Positions 35,256 through 46,607 are shown, counted from the first letter of the stretch. The stretch: 64,000 bases of DNA from an uncultured delta proteobacterium (GCA_963848295.1 CAWKDB010000010.1:1728001-1792000), one strand, 5' to 3'. Translations and numbers: made by a program. The notes: a model not told the origin generated them from the letters alone.

Positions 35256-35872
35256 ATGCACGCTTGCTCTTGCTCGCGTCGGTCATCACCGGCTGCACGG
35301 TCACCCACCGTAGCCAAGACTACACGTGCACGACGCAGGCGGATTGCGCGACCGGCCGTACGTGCTCGGGCGGATTCTGTGTCGTCACCGGCACGCAGAT
35401 CGACGCGCCGCTCCACATCGACGCCCCCACTCACCCGCCGGACGCCTCGACCTGCCCCCCCGGCTGCACGACCTGCAATGTCGCCACGAAGGTCTGCACG
35501 ATCGATTGCAGCAACGCGAATGCCGATTGCACTGGGCAGGTCACGTGCCCCGCTGGCTACAACTGTGACATCAAGTGCGACGTCGCGAGCTCGTGTCGCA
35601 ACAACGTCTACTGCGTCGACGCTGCATCGTGCATCATCGAATGTAGCGGTAACTCGGCATGCCGCGGCGTGCTGTGCGGCCCGGGCTCGTGCGATGTCCA
35701 GTGCACCGGCCAGAGCTCGTGCCGCGCCGTCGACTGCAGGACCTCGTGCGCGTGCGACGTGACCTGCTCGGGGATCGCGAGTTGCTCGGACACGGTGCAG
35801 TGCCCGCTCGGTTGCGACTCCGGCCTCGGTTGCTCGTCACAGGCGACGGCGGTCTGCAACACCTGCAACTAG
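35252..35872 (+). CDS. Cys-rich repeat lipoprotein
   Basis: ITGC lipobox; repeated C-x3-C-x5-C units. Confidence 0.8.
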   Translation: MNARLLLLASVITGCTVTHRSQDYTCTTQADCATGRTCSGGFCVVTGTQIDAPLHIDAPTHPPDASTCPPGCTTCNVATKVCTIDCSNANADCTGQVTCPAGYNCDIKCDVASSCRNNVYCVDAASCIIECSGNSACRGVLCGPGSCDVQCTGQSSCRAVDCRTSCACDVTCSGIASCSDTVQCPLGCDSGLGCSSQATAVCNTCN

Positions 35873-35873
35873 C

Positions 35874-35907
35874 CTAGCGATACGACGACGAGTTGAACCA
35901 CCACTCG
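35874..35907. repeat. 34-bp direct repeat, left copy (duplicate of porin gene 3' end)
   Basis: CTAGCGATACGACGACGAGTTGAACCACCACTCG identical to 36677-36710. Confidence 0.97.
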
Positions 35908-35933
35908 AGTTTCAGGTAGGCGTCGATTGGTGG

Positions 35934-35962
35934 TTGCAGATACAACTTATAACTTGTATAGT
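35934..35962 (+). promoter_or_regulatory. sigma70 promoter of hicAB with palindromic operator in the spacer
   Basis: TTGCAG-17 bp-TATAGT; ATACAA-cTTATAAc-TTGTAT palindrome at 35940-35959. Confidence 0.8.
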
Positions 35963-35968
35963 CAGGGA

Positions 35969-36157
35969 GTGGGCTCGAGGGAGATCCTGGCGGCATTGAA
36001 GGCGGACGGGTGGAGCGTCGTGAGGGTCAAGGGTTCGCATCACCAACTCGCGCATCCGAGGAAGCCGGGCATCGTCACCGTCAAACACCCCGCGAAGGAT
36101 TTTCCGATTGGCACGCTCAAATCGATCGAGAAACAGAGCGGGGTCAAGCTGCGCTAG
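35969..36157 (+). CDS. hicA: HicA toxin (mRNA interferase)
   Basis: LKADGWSVVRVKGSHHQLAHP...VTVKHP.KD.PIGTLKSIEKQSG. Confidence 0.95.
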   Translation: MGSREILAALKADGWSVVRVKGSHHQLAHPRKPGIVTVKHPAKDFPIGTLKSIEKQSGVKLR

Positions 36158-36173
36158 CCCATCAGGAGACACC

Positions 36174-36650
36174 ATGCGTTACTTCGCCAACATCACCAAG
36201 GACGACAACGGTTCGTGGCTCGTCGACTTCCCGGACTGTCCGGGTTGCGTGACGTTCGGAGACACGCGAGAGGAGGCCATCGAGCTCGCGCAAGAGGCGC
36301 TCGAAGGCTGGCTCGAGGCCAACCTCATTCACGGCAGCGTCCCTCCGCGTCCCAAGCGTCATATCGGAGCGCTCGTCGTAGTCCCGCCGCGGCTGGCTCT
36401 GTCGCTACAGCTTCGCTGGTTGCGCGACGAGCAGAAGCTGACGCAAGCCGAGCTCGCTCGAAAGCTCGGCGTATCGCAGCAGGCGATCGCGAAGCTCGAG
36501 AAGCCGGACAGCAACCCGACGATCGGCACCGTGATCGACATGGTGGAGGCGCTCCAGGGCGTGCTCGAGTTGACCGTCAAGCCGAAGCCTCAGGCATCGA
36601 CGAACAAGATCGTGCCGAATCCATCAGCGCGTCTTCGTTTCGAGCGCTAG
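36174..36650 (+). CDS. hicB: HicB antitoxin with C-terminal Xre-type HTH
   Basis: AGGAG RBS; VDFPDCPGCVTFGDTREEA...EAL; LTQAELARKLGVSQQAIAKLE. Confidence 0.95.
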   Translation: MRYFANITKDDNGSWLVDFPDCPGCVTFGDTREEAIELAQEALEGWLEANLIHGSVPPRPKRHIGALVVVPPRLALSLQLRWLRDEQKLTQAELARKLGVSQQAIAKLEKPDSNPTIGTVIDMVEALQGVLELTVKPKPQASTNKIVPNPSARLRFER

Positions 36651-36676
36651 CCGGAATCGCCTCATTAGGTCTTGCG

Positions 36677-38359
<1,683 letters not shown>

Positions 38360-38369
38360 GGCGCGCGCA

Positions 38370-38389
38370 GGCGAGCACGTTTCGTGCCC
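38370..38389 (-). promoter_or_regulatory. sigma54-like -24/-12 promoter of the porin gene
   Basis: Minus strand GGGCACGAAACGTGCTCGCC. Confidence 0.65.
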
Positions 38390-38440
38390 GGGTCGCAATG
38401 CCTCAACTCCGCGATCTATTCGCCAGAATTGCGTGGCGTC

Positions 38441-38455
38441 GTTGCCTTCGGCAAC
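38441..38455. promoter_or_regulatory. GTTGC-N5-GCAAC palindrome upstream of the porin gene
   Basis: GTTGCcttcgGCAAC, 52 bp from the promoter box as at 32088; could also act as a hairpin after the 38459 gene. Confidence 0.6.
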
Positions 38456-38458
38456 GGG

Positions 38459-38767
38459 CTACTTGGCAGGCGCAGGCGCAGGCGTGGGCGCGGGCCCATC
38501 GCCCTTGGGGCCCTTTGCCTTGTGGTGGCGATGCCTGTTGTGCCGCTTGCGCGCGCTCTTGTTATGCCGGCGCTTGGCCTTCTTCGCGATCTTCGGCGCG
38601 TCGGGCTTCGAGGCATCGGGCTTCGCCGCGTCGGGCTTCGGCGCATCCGGCTTCGGCGCATGGGTGTTCGGCGTCTCGGGCGGGAGCGGGTCGGAGCTGG
38701 GCTCGGCGACCGCGGTTCCAGCGAGCGCGAGGACAAACGGAAGCGTACGGAGCAGCGCTCGAAGCAT
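38459..38767 (-). CDS. small secreted Pro/Lys/His-rich disordered protein
   Basis: Signal peptide (AVA|EP); KPDA repeats; basic KKAKRRHNK...HRHHK tract. Confidence 0.6.
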   Translation of the reverse strand: MLRALLRTLPFVLALAGTAVAEPSSDPLPPETPNTHAPKPDAPKPDAAKPDASKPDAPKIAKKAKRRHNKSARKRHNRHRHHKAKGPKGDGPAPTPAPAPAK

Positions 38768-38831
38768 GACTTGGAGTGCTACAGGATCGTCAATTACGGG
38801 GCAAGTTGCGCGAATGCAATCGCCACGCGAC

Positions 38832-38943
38832 GTTGCGGATCGCAACGACCCCGCGCGCCGGGCCGACGCCGCGGTCGCAAGTGTCGAATGTGCTGGACCT
38901 CGGACCGCTGCCGATCTCAATGTCCGCTGGCATGACCCTTGGA
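38832..38943 (+). promoter_or_regulatory. GTTGC-N5-GCAAC site plus sigma54-like box upstream of the second GH13
   Basis: GTTGCggatcGCAAC at 38832-38846; TGGCATGACCCTTGGA at 38928-38943 (GG instead of GC at -12). Confidence 0.55.
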
Positions 38944-38955
38944 ACGCAACCGCGC

Positions 38956-40840
38956 ATGCGTTTCTCGCTCGTTGCCCTCGCGGCTCTGCTCGCCGGCTGC
39001 CCATCGGCTCAGCATCCGAACAACGGCGACGGCAGCGATGCCGGGATCGATGCCGGCGGCGACGCGGGTGGCTCGTGTCCACCGGTCCCGACCTGTACGG
39101 CGACGATCCAGTATCACGGCACCGGCACCGCCGTGACGCTCTACGGCGACTTCGCGACCGACGGCTGGACCACCGGCATGCCGATGACCGCGTACGCCGA
39201 CGGGTTCGAGGCGACCGTCCCGGCGAACGACGAGCAAGTCATCCTCTACAAGTTCCAGGTCGACGGCGGGGCGTGGATCAGCGACCCCGACAACACGCGC
39301 ACGAGCCCCGACGGTTACGGCGGCAGCAACTCGGTCATCCGCGTCGACTGCGATCATTGTCCCGCCCGGCCGACGATGGACTGGCGCGACGGCATCATGT
39401 ACTTCCTACTGATCGATCGGTTCAACGACGGCGACACGAGCAACGACATGACGGTGCAAGGCGCCGAGCTCCCCGGCCAGTACCAGGGCGGCGACTTCGC
39501 CGGCATCACGCAGAAGATCACGTCCGGCTACTTCACCGACCTCGGGATCAACACGATCTGGATCACGTCGCCGCTCGAGAACACGTGGCTCGCCGAGCCC
39601 GGCTCCGACGGTCACGAATACTCGGGCTATCACGGTTATTGGCCGAAGGACGAGACCCTGATCGACGCGCATTACGGCAGCCAGGCCGACCTGCAGACGA
39701 TGATCGACACCGCGCACGCGCACGGCATCCAGATCTTGATCGACTACGTGATGAACCACGTCACGACCGACGCGCCGATCTATCAACAGAACCCCGACTG
39801 GTTCTGGCCCGACGACAACGGCTCCGGCGGCAACTGCGTGTGCGGCCAGGGCTGCCCGGACTTCAACACGGTGTGCTGGTTCGACACGTTCTTGCCGACG
39901 TTCAACATGCTCGACGACGATGCGCGCCGGTGGTCGGTCAACAACGCGATCTCGTGGGCCAAGACGCTCGGCATCGACGGGTTCAGGCTCGACGCTGTAA
40001 AGCAGGTGGAGACAGTCTGGTTCACCGATACGCGCGCGCGTAGCAACGGCGAGCTCGCCTGGGATCAGCCGTTCTACATGGTCGGCGAGACGTTCGACGG
40101 CAACCGAGATCTCGATCAAGTCGTACGTCAATCCCAACACCATGCTCGACGGTCAGTTCGACTTCCCGCTGCGCGGCCAGGTGCTGTCGACCTTGCTGCA
40201 TCGCGACGGCCAGATGAGCGACCTCGTCGGCTTCATGGACTCGAACGACGGCTACTACGGCCAGGGCGCGGTGATGTCGACGTTCCTGGGCAACCACGAC
40301 GTCCCGCGCGCGATCGAGCACGCGCTCGACGTCCCGCTGTTCGACCCGTGGGACGGCGGCAAAGAAGATGCGTGGAGCAACCAGCCGCAGCTACCGACCA
40401 CGGCGAACCCGTTTCAGCGGCTCGCGGTCGCGTACACGTTGCTGTTCACGACCAACGGGTTGCCGATGCTCTACTACGGCGATGAATACGGCATGAACGG
40501 CGCCGGCGACCCCGACAACCGCCACTTCATGCAGTGGGACAACTACACCGCGAACCAGACGTGGCTGCACGATCAGATCGCAGCGCTCGCAAAGCTGCGG
40601 ACCGCCCATCCGGCGACCCGGCGCGGCACCCGGACGACGCTCGGAGTCGGCACCGACACGTTCGTCTACAAGATGACGACCACCGGCGACGAGCTGTTCG
40701 TGGCGCTCAACCGCGGCGACTCGACCCAGACCGCGACCGGCCTGCCCGGGGGCAACTACACCGATCTGATCAGCGGGGCGACGGTGACCGCACCGCTCCA
40801 GCTGGCACCCCGGACCGCCGTGGTGCTAACCGCGCAGTGA
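38956..40840 (+). CDS. GH13 alpha-amylase lipoprotein with N-terminal CBM48-like domain; +1 frameshift near 40113
   Basis: LAGC lipobox; YKFQVDG..W..DP.N; DRFNDGD, YHGYW, DGFRLDAVK, VGE, FLGNHD, YYGDEYG; CTCG ATC AAG breaks the frame. Confidence 0.9.
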
Positions 40841-40872
40841 AAGCCGCCGCGAATCGTGCTAGGCGAATAGCC

Positions 40873-41427
40873 ATGGCGCGCTCGTATCTCGCTCCGCTCG
40901 GTCTCGGCCTCCTCGTCGCCCTCGGCGGTTGTCACCACGATCCGACCCCGATGCACGTGAAGGCCGGCGACCTGCCGCCCTTGCCGCCCGCGTCGGGCAC
41001 GCCGATCGGCTATCTCCTCGACGACTCGACCGACCTCAAGCTCAGCGACGATCAGGTCACGAAGCTCAAGGACCTCGACGCGAGCCTCGCCGCTCAGAAC
41101 TCCGAGATCGATACGCAGCTCCGTCAGATCGAGAGACCCGACGACGACGAGGAGCAGGCGCAGGCGAAAGCGCATCAGCCCCACAAGCTGCACAACAACG
41201 CACCGGGCGCCGAGATCCATACGACCGCCGACGCGGGCAAGCTGCACGAGCTGCGCAACTCGAACGAGCGCACCGCCTTGAAACAGGCCTTCGCGCTCCT
41301 CGATCAGCCGCAGCAGGATGGCGCCCGCCGCCTGCTCGAAGATCACGGCTTCGAGGCGCCGGGCTCCGCGAAGAAGGGGCCGGCTTCGACCGAAGACGGC
41401 ACGCCGCTGCCCGAGGGCGAGCCCTGA
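40873..41427 (+). CDS. helical lipoprotein (Spy/CpxP-like pattern)
   Basis: LGGC lipobox; DLKLSDDQV..L and ALLDQPQQ motifs. Confidence 0.65.
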   Translation: MARSYLAPLGLGLLVALGGCHHDPTPMHVKAGDLPPLPPASGTPIGYLLDDSTDLKLSDDQVTKLKDLDASLAAQNSEIDTQLRQIERPDDDEEQAQAKAHQPHKLHNNAPGAEIHTTADAGKLHELRNSNERTALKQAFALLDQPQQDGARRLLEDHGFEAPGSAKKGPASTEDGTPLPEGEP

Positions 41428-41590
41428 GCGCGATCGATCGATCGGCTGTCCGGCGCAGCAAGGACGGCCGAGTCCTCAGCGCGAAGGGCCCCCAACGGGG
41501 CCCTGAGCGCGATCGATCGATCGGCTGTCCGGCGCAGCAAGGACGGCCGACTCTTCAGCGCGAAGGGCCCCCAAACGGGGCCCTGAGCGC
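41421..41590. repeat. 79/80-bp structured tandem repeat (REP/BIME-like), 2 full units plus partial
   Basis: GCCCTGAGCGC at 41421, 41500, 41580; internal hairpins. Confidence 0.9.
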
Positions 41591-41600
41591 ACCCGATCGA

Positions 41601-42722
41601 TCAGTGCAGCGCGTTCGCGAAGTCGCTGTTGCCGAGCAGACTGCGCTCGGCATCGGCAAACGCGTTCGACAACGCTGCGTTTAGCTGCTCGGAGCTGTGA
41701 TCCTTGCCTTTGCGCTCGGCCTTGCCCTCCACGACCCCGGACCACACCTCCTTGCCGTCTTTCGAGAGCGTGAAGCGCAGCCGCGCGACGGCCTTGAACG
41801 TATCGTTCTCGACGACGATGAGCTCGAGGATCTCGCTCGCGAGCGAGAAGGGTCCGGCGGGATCGATGTTAGCGCCTTCCTGCTTCAAGGTGTCGGTCAA
41901 CACCTTGCCGTAGAAGTTGGCGACGTTGTCCGGCGTGTACACGATCGCGCCCTTGGAGTTGTCGTAGCGCCCGATCGCAAGGGGCTGGGTACGCGTGTCC
42001 TTGAGTGGGGGCACGCTCATCTTGACAGCTCGGACCGCGGCGAGGGTCGCCTCGGTGCCCATCGGCTTGGACTCGTCGACGCCACGCCACACGAGCTTGA
42101 GCGTCGGGCCCGAAGGAAGCTTTGGTGCCGGCATCGCGACCACATCGGGCGGGGGCTCGTGGCCGAGCAGCGCGGTCTCGAAGTCACGGCCGGTGAGGAG
42201 CTGCTTCATCGCGTCGACGAGGGCGGCGCTGAGCGTCTCGTTGTAGTTGTCCTCGCTGTGATCGCGGCCGCCTTGCGAGCTCTTTCCGACGAGCTCCTTC
42301 TGCCACACTACTGCGCCGTCGGGGCCGATCAGGGACACGCCGAGCTTGGCGCTGCCGTGATACTGGTCGGTCTCTTCGGCGAACAGTTGCTCGACGTTCA
42401 CCTTGAGCGTGAAGGCCTGCCCGGAGTCCACGAACGGTACGCCGAGTGCCTTGAAGCGATCCTGAAACACCGTCGTGCAGTACGCGCCCACGTCGCCCGC
42501 CGCGGTCACGGTCTGCCGGCCGTAGCGACCGATCGGCTTCTCGGTGCGCGCGTCGACCAGCTCGAGCTTGAGCTTCTTGTCGGCGATCGTTTTCAGGATC
42601 GAGTCTTTGTACGGCACCTTGTCGGCGCGCCACTCGAGGTGGATCGTCGTGAGCGCCGGTGTGTGGTGACAAGCACCCGCGAGCAGAAAAGCGGCAGCGA
42701 GCATGGGAAGGCGAAGGCTCAT
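41601..42722 (-). CDS. lipoprotein with duplicated YajG-like domain
   Basis: AGAC lipobox; two halves with D.R...IGRY and W...G.....G.DHS...N..LS.A. Confidence 0.72.
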   Translation of the reverse strand: MSLRLPMLAAAFLLAGACHHTPALTTIHLEWRADKVPYKDSILKTIADKKLKLELVDARTEKPIGRYGRQTVTAAGDVGAYCTTVFQDRFKALGVPFVDSGQAFTLKVNVEQLFAEETDQYHGSAKLGVSLIGPDGAVVWQKELVGKSSQGGRDHSEDNYNETLSAALVDAMKQLLTGRDFETALLGHEPPPDVVAMPAPKLPSGPTLKLVWRGVDESKPMGTEATLAAVRAVKMSVPPLKDTRTQPLAIGRYDNSKGAIVYTPDNVANFYGKVLTDTLKQEGANIDPAGPFSLASEILELIVVENDTFKAVARLRFTLSKDGKEVWSGVVEGKAERKGKDHSSEQLNAALSNAFADAERSLLGNSDFANALH

Positions 42723-42887
42723 CGCGGGAACCTACCGCGAGCCGCGGGACGCTTGGCCGACAGGCGCCACGAAACGCACGCGATCGTTGGCGTCTTTCCC
42801 CAGCACTCGTGGGGATTATCGCGGGGAGTTTGGCGCGTTGAATTCCGTGCGGATCCTTGCGACCGCGAAACTCGGGCGGGCTAGCTC

Positions 42888-43400
42888 CTAGAACGTCCCG
42901 TTCACGGTGAGCGTCACGCCGCTGTTGTTGTTATCGGCGACGAGCGTCATCGAGATCGTGCCGGAGATCGGCGTCAGGTTCGTCACCGTCACATCGATCG
43001 TGCTCGACGCATCGGAGGCCCAGGAGTCGAACAAGCCGTTGCCCACCTTGTTCCAGTCGATCTCGACGTTGCAGCCCATCGTGCCGGTGCGAACCCCGAG
43101 CGTCTGAGGAATCGTCCCGTCGGGCAGCGTGCAGGCCATCTCGCACATCGCGCTGTCGCCGTTGGCCGCGGGCGCGAGAAAGTTGAGCCCGAACTCGTAG
43201 AGGCCCTGCGAGCTCGGCGTACACGACCCGCCGGTCGCATTCGTATCGCCCGAGACATCCGACGACGCGACTTGCAGCGAGCACGGGTAGACGACGCCCG
43301 CATCGCTGCCACTGCCGCCGCCGTTCGAGTCGTTGAGGTGGTGCGACGAACCGCCGCCGCATGCGGCCAGGCCCGCGATGATCGAGACCGTCTTCACCAT
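42888..43400 (-). CDS. hypothetical lipoprotein
   Basis: LAAC lipobox, beta-rich. Confidence 0.65.
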   Translation of the reverse strand: MVKTVSIIAGLAACGGGSSHHLNDSNGGGSGSDAGVVYPCSLQVASSDVSGDTNATGGSCTPSSQGLYEFGLNFLAPAANGDSAMCEMACTLPDGTIPQTLGVRTGTMGCNVEIDWNKVGNGLFDSWASDASSTIDVTVTNLTPISGTISMTLVADNNNSGVTLTVNGTF

Positions 43401-43473
43401 GGCGCACCATCTTAGCCGACGGTGCAACCGCTGTCGTCTTCCCGTGGCGAGTGACCACGGGTAGAGTCGCGCC

Positions 43474-45348
43474 GTGCGCACCCTCTCCCTGTTTGCCGTC
43501 GTGTTCGCCGCCGCGTGCGGTACCTCCAAGCCAACGCCGAATGTGCCGGTCGAGCCGCCGCCAAACATCGAGAAGCCGGAGGTTCCGCCGGCGCCGCCCG
43601 CGCCCGATCCGCGGATCGCCGAGGCCAAGCAGTTCGTCGCCGACACCAACACCGAGATGACGCGGTTGTTCGTCGCGGCATCGCTCGCCGAGTGGGCGAA
43701 CGAGACCGACATCACGAAGGAGCACGGCGCCGCCGCGGCCGAAGCGAACGGCGCCCAGGCGATCGGCCTCACCAAGGCGATCCGCGCGGCGCGCAAGTTC
43801 GAGCCGATCCTCGACCAGCTCGACGCTTCTGATCGCCGCCAGCTCACGCTGCTCAAGTACTCCGGCCAGCCGGCCCCCGAGGATCCGAAGGCGGCGGCGG
43901 AGCTCGCGAAGGTCGCCGAGGAGATGACCGCGGTCTACGGCAAGGGCGTGTGCACCGACGTCAAAGGCAAAGAGGTTTGTAAGGACGTCGACTTCTGGTC
44001 GAAGAAGCTCGAGGCCGCCAAGAGACCGGCCGACATGCTCGCGGCATGGCAGGGCTGGCACGACGCGGTCGGCCACGCCGAGAAGCCGTTGTTCGAGCAG
44101 TACGTCGGGCTCGCGAACGCGGGCGCCCACGACATCGGCTTCGCCAACGTCGCGACGCTGTGGAAGTCCGGCTACGACATGCCCGACGATCAGTTCGAGG
44201 CCGATGTCGATCGGCTGTGGGGTCAGGTCAAGCCGCTCTACGACCAGCTGCACTGCTACGCGCGGCGCCAGCTCAACAAAAAGTACGGCGACAAGGTCGT
44301 GTCGAAGACCGGGCCGATCCCGGCGCACTTGTTCGGCAACATGTGGGCGCAGAGCTGGGGCGGGATCTACAAAGACCTCGAGCCGTTCAAGGGCGTCGCC
44401 GCGATCGACGTGACGCCCGAGCTCGTCAAGCAAAAGTACGACGCGAAGAAGATGGTCCAGATGGGCGAGGCGTTCTACACGTCGCTCGGCATGCCGCCGC
44501 TGCCCGACACGTTCTGGCAGCGCTCGATGTTCGAGAAGCCGGCCGGCAAGAACGTCGTGTGCCACGCGAGCTCGTGGGACGTGACCTACTCCGACGACCT
44601 CCGCGTGAAGATGTGCATCAACATCAACCAGGAGGATCTGTGGACGATCCACCACGAGCTCGGCCACAGCTACTACTTCTCCGCGTACTACAAGCTGCCG
44701 ATCCTGTTCCAGGCCGGCGCGAACGACGGCTTCCACGAGGCGATCGGCGACACGATCCAGCTCTCGATGACGCCTGCCTACCTCAAAGAGAAGGGCCTGC
44801 TCAAGAAGGTCGTCGATGACGACAAGGGCGTGCTCAACCACCAGATGCAGGTCGCGCTCGAGAAGGTCGCGTTCCTGCCGTTCGGCCTGATGATCGACAA
44901 GTGGCGGTGGGACGTGTTCGCCGGCAAGGTCAAACCCGAGGACTACAACCAGCACTGGTGGGATCTGAGGCTCAAGTACCAGGGCATCGCGCCGCCGATC
45001 GCGCGGACCGCGGCCGACTTCGACCCCGGCGCCAAGTTCCACGTCGCCTCGAACACGCCGTACATGCGGTACTTCCTCGCCGACGTCTTGCAGTTCCAGT
45101 TTCACCGCGCGCTGTGCCGCAAGTCCGGCTTCACCGGACCGCTCAACGAGTGCTCGATCTTCAACAACAAGGAAGCGGGCGCGCTCTACTGGAAGATGCT
45201 GTCGCTCGGCGCGAGCGAGCCGTGGCAGGACGCGCTGTACGCGTTGACCGGCGAGCGCGAGATGGACGCGAGCGCGATCCTCGAATACTTCGCACCGCTC
45301 CAGCAGTGGCTCGAGGAACAGAACAAGGGTCAGAGCTGCGGCTGGTGA
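43474..45348 (+). CDS. M2 metallopeptidase (ACE-like peptidyl-dipeptidase) lipoprotein
   Basis: IPAHLFGNMWAQSW, VCHASSW, HHELGH, GANDGFHEAIGD, DFDPGAKFH, PYMRYF. Confidence 0.95.
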   Translation: MRTLSLFAVVFAAACGTSKPTPNVPVEPPPNIEKPEVPPAPPAPDPRIAEAKQFVADTNTEMTRLFVAASLAEWANETDITKEHGAAAAEANGAQAIGLTKAIRAARKFEPILDQLDASDRRQLTLLKYSGQPAPEDPKAAAELAKVAEEMTAVYGKGVCTDVKGKEVCKDVDFWSKKLEAAKRPADMLAAWQGWHDAVGHAEKPLFEQYVGLANAGAHDIGFANVATLWKSGYDMPDDQFEADVDRLWGQVKPLYDQLHCYARRQLNKKYGDKVVSKTGPIPAHLFGNMWAQSWGGIYKDLEPFKGVAAIDVTPELVKQKYDAKKMVQMGEAFYTSLGMPPLPDTFWQRSMFEKPAGKNVVCHASSWDVTYSDDLRVKMCININQEDLWTIHHELGHSYYFSAYYKLPILFQAGANDGFHEAIGDTIQLSMTPAYLKEKGLLKKVVDDDKGVLNHQMQVALEKVAFLPFGLMIDKWRWDVFAGKVKPEDYNQHWWDLRLKYQGIAPPIARTAADFDPGAKFHVASNTPYMRYFLADVLQFQFHRALCRKSGFTGPLNECSIFNNKEAGALYWKMLSLGASEPWQDALYALTGEREMDASAILEYFAPLQQWLEEQNKGQSCGW

Positions 45349-45470
45349 CGTAACATTTTTGCGGTCTGCCGACTCCAGGGCATCGCCAGACCCTGGAAGC
45401 TCGAGTTGCCGCAGTCGCGGCCGTGCGCGCGAAGTGCACGGATCGCCCGAGGTTCTCCGTGGGGGCTGGA

Positions 45471-45486
45471 TGGCACATGCGCTGCA
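45471..45486 (+). promoter_or_regulatory. sigma54 -24/-12 promoter
   Basis: TGGCAC-ATGCG-CTGCA upstream of ATG 45525, which has a GGAG RBS. Confidence 0.65.
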
Positions 45487-45524
45487 CAAGAGGCGCAGCA
45501 ACCATCCTCGACGGAGAATCCCAG

Positions 45525-46607
45525 ATGTCCACGTTCAAGACCTTCAGCTTCATCCTCATCCTCTCGGCCGGTATCGCTGCGACCGGCTGTGCCAATAGCC
45601 CGACCGACACCGGCGGTGACGGAAGCGGCGACGGTGGCGGTGGCGGTGGCGGCGGCGGTGGCGGCGGTGGCGGCGACGGTGGCGGCAGCGGCAGCGGTAG
45701 CGCCACACCGCAGCTCACGCTGAACGGCATGTACAAGCTGCAGAGCACGTACGACATCTCGAGCGAAGTGCCGGGCACCGCCGGGACGATCGTCAACGAC
45801 TTCATCGACGCGACCGACGATTCGGATGACCCGTCGGCATGGATCCTCCAACAGATCGCGAGCGCGCTGCCGAGCGGCATCTACCAGACCGCGCTGAACG
45901 ACGCGATTCCGCTCGTCGCGCCGTACCTCAACGACCAGCTGCTCAACTACGCGCCGAGCTTCGTCGATACGATCCTCGAGGTCGGCAACGACTTCGGCGA
46001 CATCACGCGCCACTTCGGCCTCAACGAGACGCTCGACGTCACGGCCGGTAAGGGCGTCGACACCGTGCTCGGCGTTCACTTCAACATCAACGGCACGCCG
46101 TCGGACTACGCGTTCGCCGACTACAACGTCGCGAACATCGTCGTCAACGGCGTCTCGGCGACCGTCGACCAGACCGGCGCGGTCGCGATCGGCGAGCACC
46201 AGCTGCCGCTGCCGTACGGCAAGATCCTCCACATCGGGCTCGACGCCGGCATCATCCCGCTCGTCGACCCGAGCGCGTCGAACCTCACCGAGCTGCTGAC
46301 CGACCTCGTCGACTGCAATCAGGTCGGACAGGCGATCGAGAACGAGATCGGCTTCCCGGGTGCGAGCACGTGGGCCGCGGCCTGCACCGCGGGCCTCGGC
46401 TACGCCGCGACGACGATCTACAACAAGCTCGACGGTATCGACGCCTCCGCGCTGATGTTCGACGTCACCGGCGCCGCGAAGGGCACCGACAACAACGGCG
46501 ACGGCACGGTCGACGCGATCTCGCTCGGCAAGTGGACCGGCACGATCAGCTACGCGAGCACGCCCGAGACGCTCGCGCCGGCGACGTTCACCGGCACGCA
46601 CAACTAA
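45525..46607 (+). CDS. acidic lipoprotein with poly-Gly linker
   Basis: ATGC lipobox; GGAG RBS; Gly tract; DNNGDGTVD Ca-binding-like motif. Confidence 0.8.
   Translation: MSTFKTFSFILILSAGIAATGCANSPTDTGGDGSGDGGGGGGGGGGGGGGDGGGSGSGSATPQLTLNGMYKLQSTYDISSEVPGTAGTIVNDFIDATDDSDDPSAWILQQIASALPSGIYQTALNDAIPLVAPYLNDQLLNYAPSFVDTILEVGNDFGDITRHFGLNETLDVTAGKGVDTVLGVHFNINGTPSDYAFADYNVANIVVNGVSATVDQTGAVAIGEHQLPLPYGKILHIGLDAGIIPLVDPSASNLTELLTDLVDCNQVGQAIENEIGFPGASTWAAACTAGLGYAATTIYNKLDGIDASALMFDVTGAAKGTDNNGDGTVDAISLGKWTGTISYASTPETLAPATFTGTHN

Noticed and set aside
41421..41600. Tandem repeat as a CRISPR array
   Set aside because: Units are near-identical along their whole length with no unique spacers
42792..42821. 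GTCTTTCCCCAGCACTCGTGGGGATTATCG resembles a type I-E CRISPR repeat
   Set aside because: Single copy, imperfect stem with 9 nt between CCCC and GGGG, no spacers, no cas genes; a solitary repeat cannot be supported without a search
45620..45700. GGC/GGT-rich tract as a regulatory or G-quadruplex element
   Set aside because: Explained by a poly-Gly linker in the lipoprotein, with mixed codons
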